From an uncultured delta proteobacterium (GTDB lineage Bacteria; Myxococcota_A; Polyangia; Polyangiales; Polyangiaceae), in assembly GCA_963811985.1 (NCBI GenBank), contig CAWEUH010000059.1:21989-85988 (forward strand): DNA of 64,000 bases, written 5' to 3'. This document shows positions 58,335 to 64,000 of this stretch, piece by piece. Both the position numbers and the translations under genes were made by a program. Each line of letters begins with the position of its first letter. Within the stretch, counting starts at the first letter, position 1. Below the pieces are notes generated by a model. The model worked only from the letters and a program-made list of their open reading frames with translations. It did not search any database and was not told the DNA's origin.

Positions 58335-58943
58335 ATGGCGCTCGCAATCGCCCTCTTCGCAGTTTCTGTGACGCGAACCGGACTTGCGCAGGGAATCATC
58401 CGAAACCCGGGGGATCACATCGATTACGTGGCGGAACTCGAACCACACTTCTTGCTCAGCCCCTTTGACCCGCCCGGCGACACGAGTGGAACTGGCTTTG
58501 GCCTCGGCCTGCGCGCGACGATTCCGATCGTCAAAAATGGCTTCATCAGCAGCATCAACAACTCTATCGGCATCACATTCGGGCTCGATTGGTTGCGCTA
58601 CTCGGGGCAAGACGTCACCTACGGCCCGTGCGTGCAATGGGTTCCTGGCCTCAACGGCACATCCATTTGCACGCAAGTTGGCAGCCCGTACGGCGGCTCC
58701 GCGGACTACTTCTATTTGCCGGTTGCCATGCAGTGGAACTTCTGGTTGCACCCGCAATTCAGCGTGTTCGGCGAACCGGGCCTCGTCATTTACGACAGAC
58801 GCCCCAGGGACTACGGGAACTCGAACGTCGGGCTCATACCTATGCTCGACCTCGGCGGCCGCTGGCATTTCGCAAAACCCGCCGCCCTCGTGTTTCGCTT
58901 CGGCTACCCGACATTCTCACTCGGGGTTTCGTTCTTTTTGTAG
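58335..58943 (+). CDS. hypothetical outer-membrane beta-barrel-like protein
   Basis: Signal peptide MALAIALFAVSVTRTGLAQG. Alternating hydrophobic beta-strand pattern. C-terminal ...FSLGVSFFL. Confidence 0.6.
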   Translation: MALAIALFAVSVTRTGLAQGIIRNPGDHIDYVAELEPHFLLSPFDPPGDTSGTGFGLGLRATIPIVKNGFISSINNSIGITFGLDWLRYSGQDVTYGPCVQWVPGLNGTSICTQVGSPYGGSADYFYLPVAMQWNFWLHPQFSVFGEPGLVIYDRRPRDYGNSNVGLIPMLDLGGRWHFAKPAALVFRFGYPTFSLGVSFFL

Positions 58944-59042
58944 TGCACTCACGGAACACCCTTTGGCGTCGAGAGTTGCGTGACGGAATTTCGCCGGGTG
59001 TGCCGACTCCTGCCCGGCCGCGAAAGCGCCGGTTGACAGAGT

Positions 59043-59357
59043 ATGTGTTTGAGCACATACTTCATCCAAGTGGCAACTGTCATCTACGGTGATTTCGAGT
59101 GGGACGAGGAAAAAGCCGTCCCAAACTTGGCGAAACACGGCGTAGCGTTCGAGGAAGCGACTACGGCAGTCGTGGATCCTAATGCTGTGTTTCTGTCAAA
59201 CGATGCCGACGCGGAGGGTCGCCTTATGGCAATTGGAATGTCTCAACGACTAAATGCTCTGCTTGTTGTCTTTGTCGAGCGCGGCACACGCGATCGCCTA
59301 ATAAGTGCCCGCTATGCGACTCGAGAGGAGGAGATTTTGTATGAACAAGGCAATTAA
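59043..59357 (+). CDS. second BrnT-like toxin (DUF497)
   Basis: GDFEWDEEKAVPNLAKHGVAFEEATTAVVDPNAVF... is the DUF497 signature. Confidence 0.75.
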   Translation: MCLSTYFIQVATVIYGDFEWDEEKAVPNLAKHGVAFEEATTAVVDPNAVFLSNDADAEGRLMAIGMSQRLNALLVVFVERGTRDRLISARYATREEEILYEQGN

Positions 59358-59662
59358 GAGAGGAGAGCCGAGCAACCAATCGCTACTGGAGATGCCGGAA
59401 CTGGACTTGACAAAGGCGAGAATACTAGGCCGAGGCTTGAAGAAGGATAGGCGTCTACCTTTGCGCGCCATGCGTGAGGCAGTTGGAGCAACTCAAGAGG
59501 ATATTGCCGACAAATGGGGATGGATCAGAGCGAGATTTCACGGATTGAGCAACGAGACGACCTGAAGGTCTCTACATTGCGTCGATACGCGCAGGCACTG
59601 GGCGCTGAGATTGAAGTGACCGCCGTACTCGGCACCGGGCGCCGAATTCGGTTGGAGATTTA
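59341..59662 (+). CDS. second BrnA-like HTH antitoxin, with a 1-nt frameshift (A-run AAAA to AAA) near 59510
   Basis: The N-terminal part is MNKAIKRGEPSNQ...EDIADKW. The HTH C-terminus (MGMDQSEISRIEQRDDLKVSTLRRYAQALGAEIEVTAVL) continues in the -1 frame up to the stop at 59660-59662. Confidence 0.65.
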
Positions 59663-59689
59663 GCGGGATTGTCGCAATGGATTCGGCTT

Positions 59690-60007
59690 TCAAACCTTCC
59701 GGGGCTTTGAAGCTTCGGTCCCACCAGGTCTCGCTTTGCCCGGAACGGATAGAATTTCTACATTGTACTTCACCAATCGTTGCTTCATCACCCTTTGCGA
59801 TAGCGGATTGTTGTCAACGAGGATGAAACTACGATTGAGCTTTGCACATGCCTCGCCGACCGTGCCGCTGCCGGCGAAGAAGTCGAGGACCGTCTCGCCG
59901 GGGTTGCTGTGCACTCGCACGATGCGTTCGATGATGCCGAGCGGTTTCTGCGTTGGGTAACCGGTCTTCTCTTTGCCCGTCGGGCTCACGATCGTGTGCC
60001 ACCACAT
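59690..60007 (-). pseudogene. C-terminal fragment of a beta-class N6-adenine/N4-cytosine DNA methyltransferase; the N-terminal catalytic half (DPPY) is missing and the break coincides with the low-GC junction
   Basis: TQKPLGIIERIVRVHSNPGETVLDFFAGSGTVGEA is the C-terminal AdoMet-binding region of PF01555-type methyltransferases. The ORF begins abruptly at 60007, where GC content collapses. Confidence 0.7.
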
Positions 60008-60187
60008 GTCCGTCGGAGCACAGCGGATATATTCATTCCCGTAAGCATCATCTGCCCTGTATCAGTAGACTGAACCCACCCAAATGTGGAAAATGCCGAA
60101 GAAATCCCATTTATGTGTATTAAGTAACTGGTTAATGTAGTAGCATCCCAAACAAGATTTTGTTGTAGTGTAGCCATGTTTACCCTC

Positions 60188-62498
60188 CTACCTTAATTGA
60201 ACAGTCCCTGACCATGAAGTTGACCCACTTGATATACTTAGTACCAACTTATCATCAGCGGCTACTGCTAGTGGGCTAGAAACTAATGATGTAAATGTGC
60301 TCACAGTTCCAGCGGCAGTTCCAGCCAACAGAGTTATGGGGGCTGTAAAAATTGAAACCCCGTTCTTCAATATGTTGAACGTAAAATTGATACTTGGGTC
60401 TGAAGTTATTGTGTACATTTTACATGTTGTCAAAATATTGCTAGCTCTCGGAGCAAGCGCCCAACAAGCTGTGGTACTTACAGTACCATTACCTATAACA
60501 AATGTTACCAACGCCCCTTGGGACGCCAAAGTAATCCGCCCTTTAATATCCACTGTGAGATTAGGGTTTGCATAACTTCCTGCTGTAACACCCGATACAG
60601 CAAGCGTAGCTTGTTGACTTCCCGTGCCCGGTCCAGCTATAACATCACCTGTAAGTTGAGTGATACCCGCTGTGCCAGCTATAGCTGAAAGCACACCACC
60701 CACAACTGTAGTAGTTGTGCCGTCTGGAACCACCGCACCCACTGTACTGTTTGTAGCAAGAGGAAGGTCTGGAGCTTCAAGACTTCTAAAAGTAGGGGCT
60801 GTAGCAGCCCCTGAAACAGGACCTGCATAAATCAAGTTTGCAGATTGAGCTAACTTTTGTATGGTTAACGTTCCAGATTCTGTAAGGGGAGAACCTGTTA
60901 CAGAAAATTCACCTGGAACCACAAAAGCAACACTACCAATACCATTCGAGGCCGATGTAATTCTCCCCTTGTAATCCACAGTAATGTGAGCACCCACATA
61001 GCTCCCTGCTGCGACGCCTGTATTTGCTAACGTTGTACTCTGACTACCTGAACCTGGACCAGCACTAATGTCCCCTGTGAGTTGAGTAATACCCAGTGAA
61101 CCGCTTGCTACGCTTATAACCCCATTGGAAATAGAAATAGTCGTACCATCTGGTTGTACAATACCAGAGGCATACGTTGTAGCATTTGGTAAATCAGACG
61201 AAACAAGCGTTCTAAATGCTGGAGAAGCCGACGTACCACTTGAAGGCCCTGCATAAACAGTATGAGAGTTTTGACTAATGGCTGTAACTACAAAAGTACC
61301 TGAAGATGTTATAGGAGTACCAGATACAACAAATTCGTTAGGCATACTTAGTGCTACGCTAGTTACTGTTCCTCCACCAACACTTCCATTTGAAGCGGCA
61401 GTAATGCGACCCTTGGAATCAATTGTAATATCAGCAAGCGTGTAGCTTCCAGCCGTAACTCCAGTTGCTGATAAAGTATGACAACTTCGCTACCTACGCC
61501 CGGTCCAGCTATAACATCACCTGTAAGTTGAGTGATACCCGCTGTGCCAGCTATAGCACTAATAACCCCATTGGCAACTGTAGTTGTTGCGCCGTCTGGA
61601 ACTACTGCACCTGCTAATAAAGATGTGGCTAATGGTAAATCACTATTGGTTAAGCCACGAAACACCGGAACAGCATCTGAGCCTGATGCCGGACCAGCAT
61701 AGATTGTATTAATCTTTTGCAATGCCTTAGAAAATGCTAGCGTTCCATTGGAGGTTGGAGACCCGGTTACGGTGAACTCAGATGGTGCTGACAATCCAAC
61801 GCTTACTGTATTATTGGAAGCTGAAGTGATACGCCCTTTAGCATCCACAGTCAAAGTGGGAGTATAATATGTTCCTGCTGTAACACCTGATGCAGCAAGT
61901 GTGGCTTGTTGACTTCCTACACCTGGACCAGCAGTTACATCGCCTTGCAATTGATTAATAGCGGCAGCACCTGCTACCGCAATTCCTGATGTTACTATGA
62001 TGGTCAACCATCAGGTATGATTGCACCTGCAAGGCCAGAAGTTGCCAATGGCAGGTCCGCTGAGGTTAAAGCACGAAATGTTGGTTGAGCTACAAAACCT
62101 GCTAACGGTCCGGCGAACACAGTAAGAGCAGGTTCATCTGGAAATCCTTCTTGACCAATAGTTGCCGTGATTACACCATCAACTACTTTAGTGGTAGTCC
62201 CATCAGGTTTAACAATACCGGCGATTAAGTTGGTTGCAAGAGCAGCGGTTCCAAATGAGGTTGTCATGACCCCTGAAGTGCTTACAGGAGATGTAACCAC
62301 TCCTTCCACTGACACTGCAGTAATGGCCCCCGTGCCAGGACCCCCAACAGGAACAAAGGCTGACCCATTCGCGATAAACACTTGTTGGGAATCTTCATCC
62401 CATACCAGCAACCCCTCCAAAGCCTTGAAACTGGTTGGGAGGTTAGCTATATTTCCATGCGGTATTTGGAGTTTTCCCGTAAGGCCAGACAGACTCAT
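60188..62498 (-). CDS. phage tail-fibre-like repeat protein, split over three ORFs (62004..62498, 61363..62007, 60188..61345) by two frameshifts; lies in the low-GC block
   Basis: Recurrent unit ...ITQLTGDVxAGPGxGSQxATLAxSGVTAGSYxxPxLTVDxKGRITxAS... in all three ORFs, typical of phage tail-fibre repeats. ORF 2 ends in junk after GPGVGSE. Near-identical intragenic repeats are at ~60600 and ~61500. Confidence 0.7.
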
Positions 62499-62776
62499 CT
62501 ATAATTCCTTTTCCTACTAAGGAAAGTGGCAGTCAAATAACTTGGGGGAGCCCTAAGCTCCCCCAAGTTATTTATATTTTCTTGTATTTATACTGCTATT
62601 CATCCTCGAATAGCCCAGCTTCCTGTTTATCTAGAACATCAAGGAGCTCTGAAATATGGGGTGTTGTAGCTGTATTCTCAGGAACTTCATCCAATTGCAT
62701 CTCTACAGTGCCCCCACTCGTGTGCATGGGGGCTGCACTGCCCTTGCAGACTGTTCTGGGCTCCGTTGTATAGTCT

Positions 62777-63213
62777 TTATACCCGGCGGCTTCTCAGGGC
62801 GCTGGCGTTTGGCACAGCAGCAGGGCGAGCTATACGAGCCATTGTTTGCACGTTTTCACAAATTGCAATAACACCCCCAGTATCCCCTTCTTCAATTTCA
62901 CCACCACTATCTTCAAAACCCCCACCCCTAACACCAGGAGGATAATGAAAATGAACCGGAGCCTTTTGAGCCTCCATAATCGCTTCTTCCAAACGCTCTC
63001 CGATAATAAACTTCAATAGGGACAAACCGGCATCTTGATGGTGAGCCTCTCACAAGCGTGAAACACCCTTTCTGAAATCTCATCTTTCACCAGTGCTTCT
63101 TTGCATTGAATATCCTTGAATTCAGAATACATCGAACACCCACAGGACATACTTACTTCAAGCCGTGTAATGGTGGTCTTGTTTACCTTCATTGCCATAT
63201 GTTTCTTCCTCAA
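62777..63213 (-). CDS. hypothetical small protein, apparently frameshifted (ORFs 63013..63213 and 62777..63025 overlap by 13 nt)
   Basis: Low-GC ORFs with a CxC...C-containing N-terminal part and a Gly/Glu-rich C-terminal part. No family recognised. Confidence 0.3.
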
Positions 63214-63319
63214 AAAGTTGCTGACGCTGGTTAATCATATCGTCAGAAAGCATTACTCCTGATTTTCATCTTTCACTAATTCAGGAATCAAAGGCAGCTC
63301 AGGTGTTGAAACTCCACTA

Positions 63320-64000
63320 TCATCCGTTCCGACTATGAGTGTAGGTGCAGATTCTCGGTGCTGGGCTGGGAGCCATGAGAACTACCGGATAAGTTACAAG
63401 TGGGCGGAAAAGGTCATCTCCACTCTCATTCTTTCCCGCTGGAATAACAAGAGCAGCAGTTTTGACATCAATCTGCCTAAGCTGAACCTCTTTTGGGTCA
63501 CTAACGAGCACCCACCCGGCTCGCGGCGCCGTGACGATGCCCGTGGCGCGCAGTTTCCTTACGATCTCCCCGGCCTCGAGCGGCGGCTTGCGGAAGCTCA
63601 CAATGCCCGCGCCCGTTTCCGGCGTTCGATCTCCCAACAGCTCATATCCACGCGCCTGGACGCCCTCGGCAATGCGATCGCCGAGACTCTGCACAGCCGG
63701 GGCGATTCTTCGATGCCGACTTCAAGTAAAAATTCAATTGAAGCCTTTAATCCGAAGCATCCAATGGTATTTAGAGTTCCACACTCATAGCGGCCGGCAT
63801 CCGGCCTCAAGGTCATATCGCGGGAGGCATAGTCGTCGTACCGGGCCACGTTGGTCCAGCCGAATTCCACCGGCTCGACGCGCTCCTGAAGGCTTGGTTT
63901 ATGTAGAGGATGCCGCATCCCTCCGGCCCCAACATCCACTTGTGACCGTCGGCTGCCAGCGCATCCACCCCGCAGGCGCGCACATCGATAGCAATACATT
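63320..64000 (-). CDS. aminotransferase class V / cysteine-desulfurase-like protein, 3' part (gene continues beyond the window end); apparent frameshift near ~63650
   Basis: A PLP-fold C-terminal domain is spread over two overlapping ORFs (63598..63999, 63320..63694) with class-V-like segments (…ECGTLNTIGCFGLKASIEFLLEVGIE…, …GIVSFRKP…). Confidence 0.6.

Noticed and set aside
1-64000. Search for tRNA, rRNA and CRISPR arrays
   Set aside because: No tRNA T-loop/acceptor architectures were seen. No rRNA-like conserved blocks. No arrays of regularly spaced short direct repeats. The tandem repeats present are intragenic (Gly/Thr linkers, tail-fibre repeats).

Overview
This is a ~65-70% GC chromosomal segment with a myxobacterial flavour: Gly/Thr-rich 'TGG' linkers in secreted proteins, a Myxococcus-type cysteine-rich repeat protein, a TSP3-OmpA protein, and many TPR proteins and lipoproteins. 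The left ~43 kb is mostly housekeeping and envelope genes: aquaporin Z, skp-fabZ, tldD, pdxA, tsaC, def, a hybrid histidine kinase, GH3 and GH16 hydrolases, a flotillin-like protein and a GT2-methyltransferase. Two IS insertions are clearly resolved there. An IS66-family element (11076..14680, exact 8-bp target duplication GCTCTTGC) splits an outer-membrane-protein gene. An IS1182-family element splits a TSP3-OmpA gene. The right ~21 kb is an accessory or defence-type island. It carries a degraded SIR2 / NACHT(STAND)-FGS NLR-like locus, four toxin-antitoxin pairs (DUF433/DUF5615, VapBC, two BrnTA), DUF559, a four-helix-bundle protein, paralogous beta-helix proteins and several repeat families. 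It ends in a sharply low-GC block (60.0-63.3 kb) holding a frameshifted phage tail-fibre gene next to a truncated beta-class DNA methyltransferase. Many genes in the window carry frameshifts or in-frame stops. Several are 1-nt indels, so sequencing error and genuine pseudogenisation cannot be told apart from the sequence alone. The ORF track accepts ATG/GTG/TTG starts, and most short antisense ORFs in this GC-rich DNA were judged spurious. No rRNA, tRNA or CRISPR array was found.
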